Of a stretch of DNA of 64,000 bases, positions 50,215 through 63,032 are shown in pieces. The position numbers and the translations under genes are program-made. The stretch is from Pocillopora damicornis (taxonomy: Eukaryota), in the NCBI RefSeq assembly GCF_003704095.1, contig NW_020847747.1, positions 186,001-250,000 on the forward strand. The letters are read 5' to 3'. The notes beneath the pieces were generated by a model, which was not told where the DNA came from, ran no database searches, and was given only the letters and a program-made list of their open reading frames with translations. Position 1 is the stretch's first letter; each line of letters begins with the position of its first letter.

Positions 50215-52059
50215 ATGGGACGATCACAGGAATCAAGGCCTTTCCTTCCAATTCGTGAAGAACTCGAGTTCGAAAGTGAAGAACAGCTCAGCATTCGAAA
50301 CAGTTTTAACTCGTGTTTATTAAATCAAAGAACGAAGAGGAGAGTTGCTTTTGTATTGACTGCTGCTGCGTTCGTTGCCATTCTCTCAGGCTTACTGTAC
50401 TATTATTTCTCTCGAAAAGTCAAGGAATACGAACAGATCTTATTAGAGGAAAATCAACATATGAAAGTGACGATCAAAGCTGGTGTCATACGCGGTAAAT
50501 TTGAGGGTGATGCTGTCGTGTTTAAAGGAATTCCTTATGCAAAACCGCCCGTTGATAATTTACGCTGGAAAGCTCCGGTTTCGTGTGACGAGAATGTAAA
50601 TAAGTGCTGGAATGGAACTCTGGATGCAAGTGAATTTGGAAGTTGGTGTGCACAGCAAGATGTGCTGCACACTCCAGACCCAACCAAAGTCATAGGCAGT
50701 GAGGACTGTCTGTTTATTAATGTATGGACACCGAAACACAGATCAACTGGAATACTTCTCCCTGTTCTAGTTTACATTCATGGTGGATTTTTGATGTACT
50801 CCTCTGGGGATTGGAATGGACTTCACCCCCAACCTGAAATGGTTTCAGAGATGAATATTGTTGGAGTGTCTTTCAATTACAGATTAAATGCATTTGGTTT
50901 TCTTGCCTTAAAGTCCTTAGCAGAGGCATCACCAAGCAAAAGTACAGGAAACTATGGCTTCATGGACCAGATATTAGCTTTAAAGTGGGTGAGGGCTAAC
51001 ATCCATAAATTTGGTGGTGATCCAAAATCTGTTACTCTGATTGGACAAAGCTCTGGTGGTACATCTGAACTGGCTTTGCTTGCCTCCCCTAGTGCTGCCG
51101 GGTTATTCCATCGAGCAATTGTCATGAGTGCCTCAGCTGTTTATAACAAATCATGGGAAGATGCTGCAAATGACAACAAAATTTTCATAAAAAATTGTGA
51201 TTGTGTGAGAAACAGTTCAGCAGCTGAGAGAGACTGTTTATATCAGCTTACTACTGAAAAACTGGAAGCAGCCATCCCATGGGATGTATACCCATTTTGG
51301 CGCATGTCTGACTCTATGGATCTGCCACAAAAAAACCTGTTTGATGGGGCAGTTGCTGTTGTTGACAATGTTGTGGTTCCCAAGCCTCCTCTTCTTGCCA
51401 TGGTAGAAGGAGAAGCAAATGATGTCCCTTTAATTATTGGGACAACAGGGCAGGAGATAAATATTAAGCCTGTGATGGATTTTTCTAATTCTACTTGGGA
51501 AGACTACAGTACTTATGTAAAGCAAAAGTTGGCTCCTTTTATTGGAAAGAATGTTAGCATGGTTCTTGCCTTGTATAACAAAAGTGAGCTTAGTAAGGAA
51601 CCTCTCTCTCCTCAGTTTTCTTATTCATCCATGGCCTCTGATATACGACTTTCTTGCCCAAATGATGTGTTTGCCTCCAAAGCATCTCAAGGTTTTAAGA
51701 GCCCAGTTTATAGATATGTGGTTACAAGTGCTCCATCATCTCCAATAAATGTGTTTGGATATCCAGCAACATTTGCATTTCACATGTGGGATCTTATCAC
51801 ACTGTTTGGTTTCCCTCCTGCATTTCATTACACTCCATCATCCAGAGACCAGAGTTTCTTGAAGGACCTTAGAAGAGAGTTCGGTAAATTTATTAACAAT
51901 GAATTTAATCAAGAAGATGCTCCATGGAAAAAGTTTCCTAAAAGTACTGCTCTGTTCACAGACAGTGGTGTAAAGGTTCTTGATAGCAATGGTTATCACA
52001 TAGAAGAGTGTGCATTTTGGCTTAATAATGGGTTCTTTTCATATGGATGGATTAACTAA
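50215..52059 (+). CDS. Intronless type-B carboxylesterase with N-terminal transmembrane anchor (about 614 aa)
   Basis: FKGIPYAKPP..LRW, SEDCLFINVWTP, HGG, NYRL..FGFL, GNYGFMDQILALKWV..NI..FGGDP..VT..GQSSG (Ser nucleophile), GTTGQE (acid), AFHMWD (His). TM VAFVLTAAAFVAILSGLLYYYF follows RTKRR. First ATG is 50215; the ORF track starts at an upstream TTG. Confidence 0.93.
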   Translation: MGRSQESRPFLPIREELEFESEEQLSIRNSFNSCLLNQRTKRRVAFVLTAAAFVAILSGLLYYYFSRKVKEYEQILLEENQHMKVTIKAGVIRGKFEGDAVVFKGIPYAKPPVDNLRWKAPVSCDENVNKCWNGTLDASEFGSWCAQQDVLHTPDPTKVIGSEDCLFINVWTPKHRSTGILLPVLVYIHGGFLMYSSGDWNGLHPQPEMVSEMNIVGVSFNYRLNAFGFLALKSLAEASPSKSTGNYGFMDQILALKWVRANIHKFGGDPKSVTLIGQSSGGTSELALLASPSAAGLFHRAIVMSASAVYNKSWEDAANDNKIFIKNCDCVRNSSAAERDCLYQLTTEKLEAAIPWDVYPFWRMSDSMDLPQKNLFDGAVAVVDNVVVPKPPLLAMVEGEANDVPLIIGTTGQEINIKPVMDFSNSTWEDYSTYVKQKLAPFIGKNVSMVLALYNKSELSKEPLSPQFSYSSMASDIRLSCPNDVFASKASQGFKSPVYRYVVTSAPSSPINVFGYPATFAFHMWDLITLFGFPPAFHYTPSSRDQSFLKDLRREFGKFINNEFNQEDAPWKKFPKSTALFTDSGVKVLDSNGYHIEECAFWLNNGFFSYGWIN

Positions 52060-53354
52060 TTACAATCTCTTAAATTTAAGTAGATTGTTTTGAACTGAGT
52101 GTAAAGAGATACTGAAAATTTTCTGCATGCCATTAATCTTTATTTCATATTTATTAATTTGACTCGTTCATTCCCCCAGCTTCTTGATTGGCTTTGTAGC
52201 CACTGTAGAACACAAAGTCTTTTTCTATGCATAGATTGCAATCTAGCTTTGGTGTTTACTTACTTTGCACCCTTTAACTCCCAGAATCCCATGAGTAATT
52301 CTCCCTTTGAGCTTCTTTACATTTCCTTGTAAACAAGACAGGAGAATTTGGTGTTACATCATGATAGCACCATCTCCCTGTTAAGTTTGTATGTTCTCAT
52401 ATCCTGTTTTCAAGATATCATATTGGCATTGTAAGGAGAAATTACATGTAGATAACTTCTGGGAGTGAAAGGATTAAGAAAGCTATGCAATGTATTTTGA
52501 GTGATTTCTTTGATAGAGTTACGACAAAGAAAAAAATATATATTTATTTTTTTCTTTGTTGGGCAGTGAACACTCAAGTACTTCTAAATTAGCAGAAACC
52601 ATTTTTCTAAAGCAGGGGGAAGCAGGGTCATTACCTCAGATTAATGATGAGTAATCATGATTTAATGGTGAATATAAATTATTTGGATATATATTGATAC
52701 TATTACCTTATTTATGTATTTTTTATTTTTTACTGTTTTGTTTTGACACCCAGAAAATGCAAGATGGAAAAGAGTGTTTTTGATGCACAGTTGAAAAATT
52801 TAAGATGAAAAAAGACATGCTGGTAATAAAAGAAAGATTTGTCCTCTGAAATGTTCCTTCCTTTCCATCAGTTTTACATATTACAATTTACACAAAACTT
52901 GGGTATTGCTTTATTTCTCAAAGGCTTCATGGAGAATTTTTTCCTCAGATTTGGAGTCTTTGATTTATGCTTTTCTCTGTTTAGATTGTGTAATGAAGGA
53001 CAAGCCTAGTCTTTAAATTTGTTCTCACCATAAAGCTTTTAAACTTTTTTCAACTGAAAATACTGCAAATTGAAACAAAAATTTGCTTTTGACAAAATTG
53101 GAGAAATAAACTTTTCATTAGTTTGCGCTTTATTATTTCCCATGCTTGGCAGACTCCCTGATCTTTTCCTCTTCATTCCAATGCAAAGCACGTATTTCGC
53201 CTTTTGTTTCTGTTTGGTGTTCCCACCGGATCCAAACAAATCACGCGAAATATCTACATTAGGAAATGAAGTGCACATTTTACAGGATACAGTCATCGAC
53301 ATGGTCATCACTGTGACACCGGCTTCTGAGAGAAGTCTGGGAACGTATTGACGA

Positions 53355-53373
53355 CCAATCAACTGCAACCACG
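53355..53373 (+). promoter_or_regulatory. ER stress response element (ERSE-I) CCAAT-N9-CCACG
   Basis: CCAAT caactgcaa CCACG, an exact consensus match ending 94 bp upstream of the DNAJC3 ATG. Confidence 0.8.
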
Positions 53374-53466
53374 ACGGTGTGCGCCAACACTGAATGTGAA
53401 CCGCGGTTCACTTCCTTAAAACATAGGAAACAGAAATTAAGGCAATACATATATGCCAGTCTCAAG

Positions 53467-56400
53467 ATGTGTAGTTTTGGACAACTTTTTTCGTCGTTGA
53501 ATATTATTTTAATCACTTTGGAACTGAAAATAATCGGTGAGTCCTGTGTAATTATCAGATTAAATATTATGACAGTTAACTAGGGGAGATTTCGGCCGAA
53601 TCGTACTACAGAATTTGGATGACGTGCCTTATGAAATGATGTGTGTCGGATCTTGCAGGAGTTTCGAGCAAATTATCGGCAGCAGAAGTTGAACAACATT
53701 TAGAACAAGGCAAGAGATTGCTTGCCACTGGACAACTAAGTGATGCTCTCTCACACTATCATGCAGCAGTTGGTGAGTGATTTTTTATTTTGAACCGGCG
53801 TTAGTCTAATTTCCACTCTGATCTGTGATGACATTAGTTGTTAAGAGTTACAGAAAAAAATCCTTGTTTTAAATTATCGGTTTGTGTAATTCTCTGTTAA
53901 GTGTTATTTCTTTAAAATTTTTTGACAGTAGCTCAAAGTTTCCAAACTGATGCACCGCAATATCTTAGATAAGTTAAGAACTTCAGTCGATGTTATTTAT
54001 TTGGGTGAACTCATGTGTTGTTACCTGCTTGAGTAGCAAAGCGTTTTGTTTTTATAACCTAGAAATGCAGTTGTTAAGTTTCTTAAAACTTATGGCATTG
54101 CTCTAGTAGTGAGAAAGGTTAATCCCAACTTCGAGTGGAGTTAGTGAAACCCAGCTGAACCAACGAATACGATAGCAGAAACATTTAATCCAAATCAAAT
54201 TAACATCTCGAAATAAATCACGTAGACTCTGTTGTGTTTACCATTTCTTCATGTCACGTAGATTTGTTTGAAGCGGAAAGACTATAACGTTTTCTTTTTG
54301 TTCTATATTGCCTCTCACTTAAGAAAGTTTTTCCCTGCGTCTGTCGATTCATCTTAATATCTTTTTTTACATCATCCCGGATGCGAATTAAATTTGCGCG
54401 AACGCTATTTACAATTCGACCAATCAAAAAGTGCCAAGCTTTGTTTTTTAAATTACACTTCAAATAATTTAATTTATACAGTACCAACATAACGTTTGGA
54501 AAAATTTGAGCACCCTTTTTGCATTAGTTTCTCAATTTTGACATCACTTCTCCAAGCTATATGCTGTACAAATTGTATAATTGTAGATCTGGGAATTGGT
54601 TACTTAATAAATCGATTTCTCAATATTAAAATTTTTCTTCATCATCTATTTGGGTTAATCCTTCACACCCTAATATCAGTATGCATATTCTCCATACTGT
54701 TCATCATAAATTTCTTAAGGTGCTGAAGAGGAGAATTTGTTTAACAATCCAGAGCTTCTTTAGTTGGTGATCATTTCCTTTATTCTTGTGGCCTTATTGT
54801 GTGATTCATGGTAGATCTTGTAAGGAGAAATTAGATGTTGGTCACTCTTAGGGGGCAAAGGGTTAAATTGTATTGATATTTAAGGTGAAATTAATTTGGT
54901 GAGGGAAGAGCTTAATGTGTCTTCTTCATTATTTATTTCAGAGGGTGATCCTGACAATTTTTTGACATATTTTAAAAGAGCAACAGTATTTCTAGCAATG
55001 GGTCGTTCAAAAGCTGCCTTGCCTGATCTGGACAGGGTACTTGAACTAAGACCTGACTTTTTTCAGGTATGTTTACGGAATAACAATATAATAATAGGGA
55101 AAGATTTTTCATTAAGTAAACATTCAGTGGAAAATTGTTTAAATTTCTTGGATCTTGCAGAGTGAAATTTTTTAAGGGAGGCTGCGAGGAGAATCTTTTC
55201 TCCAAGTTTGAATTTCTTTAATGTCCCACCCAAGAGAGCCTTTTTGAATGGTTTTGTATTAAATGGATTTGTCAGAAATGTTATCATAGGACAAACCATA
55301 TGAACCACAAACATGTTTACTTCAGCATTGTATCTCTATTTTGTTGCTAAATTCTTCCTTTGAAAAAAACTTCAGTTGCATATATTTTGGAAACAGGACA
55401 TTTTCAATCATAAAATTTTGCAAGTAGACTACTTCAACAATAATCTTAACAGGTGAAAAAGAAGGGTGTTGTTGAGAGGCTGAGTTAGCCTTCAGGAATA
55501 CCTTAACTTCACCTTTTTTTATCTTAACATGCAAGCAATTTGTCCCATTCTTAATCATACACAACCTCTATCTTTGATAGTTGATAGCCTAGCTTTAATT
55601 TTTATGTCGAAAAGCAAACTGGAAAAAAGAATGACCACAACACTCATTTCCCATTTTTTAGTACACCAGTGAAATTATTTGCAGAGACTGAAATTATTAC
55701 CAGTTACCTGCAGATGTTTTCAGGTTAAAGTAAAAGTGATCAGAATCAGAGTTCATCTTACTTTTTACTGCAGACCTCAAGCTTAGCTCATTGAAAACAG
55801 TGTAAATGACAGTGGTTTCTATCTACTCTTTTCTTGAGTTGGGTAAAATATATCAGGAGCTATTAGCTATAATTTTTGTTTTAAACAGGCACGGTTACAA
55901 AGAGGGAATGTCTTACTCAAACAAGGAAGATTAGATGAAGCACACATTGATTATGAGGCAGTGGTGAGCTAAATCAGTAACTCAGACTTGCTGTTACATA
56001 TAATAGCTTCAGTTTACCCTTTCATTCCCAAATGCCAATTAGTTATTATCCTTACTGTCTGCAATACAATTCACACGATGTTAGTTTGGAGAATTAGTTA
56101 TTGGATCAATTAGTAATCCCCTGATTGATACTATTCTTCATTCTCATCACTTGTCTGCTTGATGTTGTATTGATATTGTGAGGAGAAATTCTATCTTAAT
56201 CACTCATGGGAGCTAAAGAGTTAGGTAATTATGAATGGGTGCAGTCAGAATAACTTTTTGTTGCCTATTGGCTCCTAGAAATTAACCCTTCACACCCTAA
56301 CGTCAGTATGTCTATTCTCTGCACTGTTCTCTTTACATTTCTCTTGGTACTGACAAGGAGAATTTGTTTATCAATCAGGAGTTTCTCTAGTTGGTGATCA

Positions 56401-59400
56401 TTTCCTTTATTCTTGTGACCTACATGTTTGATTCAGGGGTGATATTGTAAGGAGAAATTAGATGCTGGTCACTCCTAGGGGATAGAGGGTGAAGATTATC
56501 ACATTCTTGTTGCTTTTATAAATCACATTCAATAACTTAGTTACAGTTTTGATTAGGGAATTTACAATCCTCTATAGGATCTTTTCTTAAACAGAATTCC
56601 TGCATAAGCATTTATATCACGGGTACTTATCAGTAGATTCAGAGGAACTGGGTGTAATCATAGCCTTCAGTAAAAACCAAGAACAAAATTTAATGATCAA
56701 TGACAATTAATTGATATTTACTTCTTCATATTTTTTTCAGTTACATAAAAACCCTGATAATGCTGAAGCACTGCAACAGGTAAATGGTGAACTTGAAACA
56801 AAAGCATCTGATTTTAAAAAAAAACTTTTTGGGGGAAAGGAAATTTTTCCTGGATATGTTTTGGTTTATTTTCTGTCATTTCTTTTTTCTTCTTTCATTG
56901 TCCAGTTAAATGTTATAGAACCCATTAGGAAGGATGTCTCAGAAGCAAGAAATGCAATAAATATGGGAGACTATTCACTTGCTATAGAGTTCTTAGGAAG
57001 AGCAATAGAGGTATTATTAAATATCGATAGTAATTATTATCAATAATAATGGTTATTTTATTATGGCATTTTTTGTATATTATTATTGATGTCACTATTA
57101 ATTATGACTAACTAATCATTAATAACTTTGTAACAATTGTCTCTAACTAAAAATAAAAATATTGCATTGAACAAGGGCTATATCAGAGAGGCTGAAGAGT
57201 TTCATGAATGGCACTTTGTTTTATGGAGTAAATGCAAGCTAAGCCTGCAAATTATGTCCAATTTTTGGACTTCTCTCTCTAAGGTTGCCCCTTGGGATAC
57301 TGAACTAAGAATAATGAGGGCTGACTGTCATGAAAACATGGGAGACTACATCAATGCAATTTCAGACATCAAGTAAGAATTTTTCAAGCTTTTCATACAT
57401 TATATGTGAAGCATTTTCACAGTTGCAAATTTGAATACTAGAAAGTATCAAATTCTTCAAGTACCTGTTCTATCAGACAGTGTGATTGTTTGGACAAGGC
57501 CAAGGTTTTCCTGAAAAGGAAAGTTGTCAGAGGTGATTACTGACACTCTGAAAAATCTGAGAATATGTTACCATTCCACCTGGACATCAAGAAGTCACTT
57601 TCAGTCAGTTTTTGGACTCTGGTGATGAGTGAAATGAACTTTTGTTGGTAACAGTGACCTACATTTTGAAAACCTGAGTGCAAATCATCATCATCATCAG
57701 AAACCAAAAAATTTGGAGCCAATGTTCTTTCAGGTCATCACTTTGACACTTTCAGGTCATCCACATCCTTGAACGGTAGAAAAAAAATTGTCAACTAAAA
57801 TGACATTCTCATTTTGCATTTTTATTTCAGGCCAACCACTAAACTGATCCCTGACAACACAGCAGCATATCTTAGACTCAGTGAGTTACATTATGGAATG
57901 GGAGAGTTGGAAGATGCATTAAGGTAAGTTATCTACAGATGCAATAGCTGACACAATATCTGTGAAGCCCTCCTTAGCCTGTCATACAAATCTGCACCAA
58001 ACACATCTTAAAAACCTTCTTGCTGATTACTTTCAGTGGTCTCTTGTATCCGGTTCTAATGCAGTGTTGTTTTTAAGCATTTTAACATTCTAAACGAAAA
58101 GGGAACGAATTGAACTGAGAGCTTTGGACAGTTTAGTGTTACCCCATTGCAAAATTCAACCCTTGCATTGTCCTCTCTGTGGTTAATATGCAATCTTCAA
58201 CCCCTTTTTTCCTTAACTTTTAGGGAGGTTCGCGAGTGCCTCAAGCTTGATCAAGATCACAAAGATTGTTTTCCTTTTTACAAGGTAAAACAGCACTTTC
58301 CATCACTTTGCCAAATTGATTTGACCCTTACAATTCCAGCTCCTTTCCAAGAATTAAAGCTCCTTTTCGGCATCCACCCTTCCACTCCCAATAGTAATGG
58401 AGACGTAATTTCTCCTCACAATATCCATTTGAAATTAAAGAGATTTGTGATGAGAATAAAGAAGAACATCATCTGGGGAATACTAGCCAAGAAAACACCA
58501 CATTGCTTGCCTGGGCCTCGATCCAGGACTCCTCGATAGGAAGTCCAGCGCGCGAACCATTTGGCGGACGCGTCTCCCACACCGTCTTACACTGATCCAA
58601 CAAAATTACACTTATGAACACTTAACACTCGACAGAGCAGTAGGTTTTGGTAGAAAAGAACGGCATTACCTTTAATATTAGCTAGCGGATAATTGTTAGC
58701 CAACCAGATGAAAATTTTGCACCCTTTTTCCTTTTGCAGAAATTAAAAAAATTGAATAAGCAGATGCAAGCCGCTCAAGATTTGATCAACAAAGGAGAGT
58801 ACGTACCTCTGTCTTTAACTCCCTCTACAATTTCTTAAAGGTAGAAAGAAATCCTAGAACAATTGTTTCCTAGGATATGCGAAGATTTGAGTCATAATGA
58901 TAGGCCAAAACGGAAGGAAGATCTCTTAGGATGTAAAAGATTTTCGCGGATTGTCAATATCGTACTTGAAAATTTTTTGCCCACCTGTTTCCTTCTTATA
59001 TGAGGGTTTTTTTTTCATCTGTGGTTTTCTTCATTTTGCTATTCCCATGCATTTCCTTTCTATGATTTTCCTTTTCAATAAAGTTTCCTGTCTTCTTTAC
59101 ATTCCAGATATGAAGAAGCTATATCCAAACTCAAACAGGCTCTCAAAACAGAGTCTAAAATCCCTTCACTAGCAGCCAAGGCAAGACGCCAGCTATGCCA
59201 CTGTCACCTCAAGGTTCGTTCAGTAAAAGTCCTTTTCTCTCTCGTTATTAACAGGACTGTGTTTGCTAGAATTTTGTTTAAAAAAAATAAAAACAGCAGA
59301 GAGCTGTTCAGTAAGGACCAGGCCAGTAGGTAGTGGCCATTAGCAGTGTCACTTAGCAACACGATGAATGAGAGTGATCAGATTTTCTTTGTCTTCTGAT

Positions 59401-61944
59401 TGGATAATAAAAGTCGGTAGGTCTTCGGAAAATTTTACGAAGATTATGTCGAGATTACGTCCTTACAATTTGAGTTCATTGCTTCGTCTCGTTTATTTTA
59501 CGTGAATTCTTTCATATCTGTTTCTCTTTATAGCTTCATAATCCCACCGATGCCATCACAGAATGCAACGAGGCGTTGAAGATCGATGAAAATGACGTTG
59601 ATGCGTTGTGTGACAGGGCAGAAGCACATATACTAAATGAAATGTATGATGACGGTATGGAATTCTCGTCTTTTTTACCACCAATTCACCGTTCAGAGCA
59701 ACGAAGGTTTCTTTTCATATTTGTTTTTTGTTGTGATATCGGTATTCGCATATTTCCTTCGGTTGGTTACTTGTCGAGGCCGGAAGTTCGAAAAAATAAT
59801 TTGATATCGAACTTGTTTAATGTCACGCAACGTAGTGTATATTACGCTGTTTAGTTTCTTGTCACGTGCACTTCATTTCACGTGAAGTTTCGAGCAATCT
59901 GATTGGCCAAAAAAAGAAGAAAACCATCAAACTGATACCTAGCTTTTGGGAGGCCAAATTTGTCACGGTTTTGTGTTCATTTTATTTACCAACCTCTTGG
60001 TTTCATCCGCAGCTGTAAATGATTATCAGAAGGCAAAGAGTATCAACGAACACTTACACAAGGTAAGGTGGTCAGCGTTATTCTTCTGCTTGCAACGGCT
60101 AGCTTGGATGTCTCGTAAATGAACGGTACTGATAAAATAATTTTAAGTTGAATGTCGATAGCAATACGGGCCTACATTGGTTTTACATAATTTCGCTCAG
60201 TGATTGGTTTAGGAAACTCCCTCAACTTTCCTTATCAGATAAAAAATTGCAACAAATCGCGACTTAGTGAGCTGCGTTTTCCCGCGCCTGACGCTGGCTA
60301 CCACTGCTTAGTCTGACTTTTCATTGGTTCTTACTGAAATGGTCCTTTGCTCTGATTGGCCATTGAGATTTCTTTCGTTTTGTTTGTGCCACGCACAGTT
60401 GAAATGGTAATTGATGGAGACGTAAGAAGATGAGGTTTGTTAAAGTTCGATGTGGATGGGAAAGGAATGGGTTTCTAGCTTGTTGAAGTACGATTAACCT
60501 AGGTTCTGGCACAAACCGAAGGATTTTATTTCAAGAGTCGCCTAGCAGTGGTTTCGCCTGGGAACTTGCAGTAGTTGTTTTTCAAAATGCAATACAGTAC
60601 GTCTAAACCAGAGAACCGCTTTACGTAGTCGTCAGTAAGAATCTCTTAATGATTGGAACAAGATTATGGTACAAATCAATACGACATATTTGTTTTCATT
60701 CGTTTATTGTTGTTGTTGTTGTTGTTGTTTTTTTTTATTTAAACCGAGTATAGGTTCAAGAGGGACTGGACAGAGCACAGAAATTACTTAAACAATCTAA
60801 GAAACGGGACTATTACAAGATCCTAGGATTGAAAAGGTGAAGTCTATTCTTATGTACATAGTTGGTAGAATGCCCGATTCAGAACTAGTAATAAAAACAA
60901 TTAACGCATCTGGTGAATCTTTTTCTGTTCTGTGTGGTTTCAGAACGGCATCGAAGAAAGAAATCTTAAAATCATATCGTAAACTGGCCGTCAAGTGGCA
61001 TCCTGATCAATACAAAGGAGACGACAAGAAAAAAGCTGAGAAAATGTTCATCGATGTCGCTGCAGCGAAAGAAGTCCTCACAGATCCTGGTAAGCTAAAT
61101 AGCCTCGTTTGTACTGTCTGTTCTTTCCTCCGTTCGTTTGAAAGGTTCGTCTGTTATTCATTCGGTCGGCTCCGTCGTTTGTATGGTCGGTCGGAACGAT
61201 CGCTCGGTCGGTCCGTCGTTTGTCCGTACGGTCGGTCCGTTCGTTCGTTTTTACGGTCGGTCTGTAGTTTGTTTGTTCGGTCAGTTGGTCGGTTGATCGT
61301 TCTATCTTCGGTTTGGTCGGTCGTTTGGTTGTTATTTGGATTGTTCGTTTTCACAGCATGACTATATTCGTTTGTTTGTTCATTTGGTTCAGTGTTCTCT
61401 TTTTCGTTTCTTCGTACAGTCATCGATCCGTCTTTGTTCGTTTGTGATCGTCCGTGTTCTCGTTCTTCCGGTGGTTAGTTCGTCCGTTCGTTTTTTTTTG
61501 CTCGTTTGTTTGTTGTTTTCATGCCTGATTGTACCCACCTCGAATGTTACTGTCTGAAATGTTGCTATGAATAATGTCGCCACCCTGCGATGAAAACTGA
61601 TGACGGAAAGACTGAAAACATTGTGGTCTTAAAACTTTGCTAATAACGACCTCTACCCCTACCCCCCCTTAATTTTTTAGTTCATTTAGTTGTATAAGTG
61701 TGGGTGAGTCATAGGGTGGGGCCACAAAGGTCGCTGACTGGGAACGAAAGGGAGGTGAAGGTAAATTGAATTCACGATTTTTTATCTTCATTTTCAAATA
61801 GAAAAACGCGCAAAATACGACAATGGTGAAGACCCGTTAGACCCAGAACAGCAAGGTGGCGGTCATCATCATTGGCAACAGGGCGGATTTCCTTTCGGTG
61901 GGGGCTTTGGAGAAGGTTTTCAGTTCAAATTTCATTTCAACTAA
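53467..61944 (+). CDS. DNAJC3: DnaJ homolog subfamily C member 3 (P58IPK/ERdj6), TPR plus J domain
   Basis: 16 in-phase exons: 53467-53536, 53659-53772, 54942-55066, 55889-55963, 56741-56779, 56906-57010, 57284-57372, 57831-57923, 58224-58284, 58740-58798, 59108-59213, 59534-59654, 60013-60062, 60754-60836, 60944-61089, 61802-61944. Motifs GQLSDALSHYHAAVEGDP, RATVFLAMGRSKAALPD, RDYYKILG, WHPD, AAKEVLTDP; C-terminus FKFHFN*. Confidence 0.97.
54655..54866. mobile_element. TTAA/piggyBac-type MITE
   Basis: ttaatccttcacaccc...caaagggttaa, near-complete copy. Confidence 0.8.
56013..56493. mobile_element. Two tandem TTAA/piggyBac-type MITEs (56013-56224, 56282-56493)
   Basis: Two subfamily cores back to back in DNAJC3 intron 4. 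Confidence 0.75.
61105..61520. repeat. Degenerate (TCGT/TCGG/TTGT)n tetranucleotide microsatellite
   Basis: ggtcggtccgtcgtttgtccgtacggtcggtccgttcgttcg... in the last DNAJC3 intron. Confidence 0.85.
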
Positions 61945-62899
61945 AACAACATACTGGCGTTTCGTGGGTTCAATTACTAGTTCTATCTTTATGGCGACTG
62001 TGGAATCCATGTTGAACAGGAAACCGAAGGAAAAAGTTTCAAAGCGGAAGATTTACTATTTATGGCAATTATAATTATTATAACTGTACACAATTGTAAT
62101 AATTATAACACTCTTAGGATATATTCAACTCGCTCCGATGTGAATGGTGACTAAGAAATTACTGAATGGAACAGCTACTTTGGTGTGATCTGCCAAAGTT
62201 GAGGTTGCGCAGATGAAATGTCATTTTCTTTGCAGTCCTTCTAAGATGATATTGAACTGACTTTAGCGCAACTTTTCGCATTTAAGGTTCATATCCAATT
62301 TGTATAGAAAGGTTTTGAAATTCTCTCCAGAAATAGTTGTATTCGTTTTATGATTAAATTTAACATGTGGATATTCCTACGATTTTCACATTGAAGAAGA
62401 ATTGTTATTACCTTTGTGTGGCCTGGAAGTGGAGACTGGAAACCAGAATAGCGGGTTGTATTTTTTAAACGTTTTTATCCTTATGGTAGCCTCAACTGGT
62501 CCAAAGCGACAATTTTTGAAAATCTTGACCGTTGCTCAGCAACTGACGATAACGTCACCAAATTTAAAATTACACTTAACACCGGTAATAATCGATGTGA
62601 AACAGACTTTTATTCTTCACTGACATTTTCTTTCGTCGTTAGTCAATACGTTTTTGAGCAACGACCACAGTCAAGCGAAGAGGTGAAATTTCGTCGAGCA
62701 TATCTGTAATAACCTCACCTTGGGCGGAAAAAATCATCTTGTGCGTGTATTTATAGCTGTAAAAATCAACAGTTTCGGGTATTTTAGAATGAAATTACAG
62801 GAAATGAACTTTTTGTGGTGTCTTTCCTTGATCATGGTTAAGGTTGGGAAATCAGCGACCCAGGCTCCACATCTGGAGGACGATCACTCTCATACCAGG

Positions 62900-63032
62900 T
62901 TTAGACGTTCTCAATCTCGTTCACGGAGTTCTCGTTGCCTTGATCAGCGGTTAGGAAAGAGAGATCCTTACGCGCCCATGCCGCTAATAAAGGATAACGG
63001 AGACTCGGGGAATGAGATTGAGAATGTCTAAA
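62900..63032. mobile_element. Small TIR element
   Basis: tttagacgttctcaatctcgttc ... gaatgagattgagaatgtctaaa are ~23-bp inverted repeats. Confidence 0.6.

Noticed and set aside
50215-52059. Bacterial contamination or recent HGT of a para-nitrobenzyl-esterase-like gene
   Set aside because: Host-like composition with CpG depletion, glycosylation sequons, TM anchor and a flanking host MITE; no operon context. Ancient HGT cannot be tested here.
61154-61583. R/T/N/E-rich ORFs
   Set aside because: Translation of a tetranucleotide microsatellite within a DNAJC3 intron.
31931-61944. Conserved synteny with human 13q32 (TMTC4 and DNAJC3)
   Set aside because: The TMTC paralogue cannot be assigned by eye, so the linkage argument is unsupported without a phylogeny.
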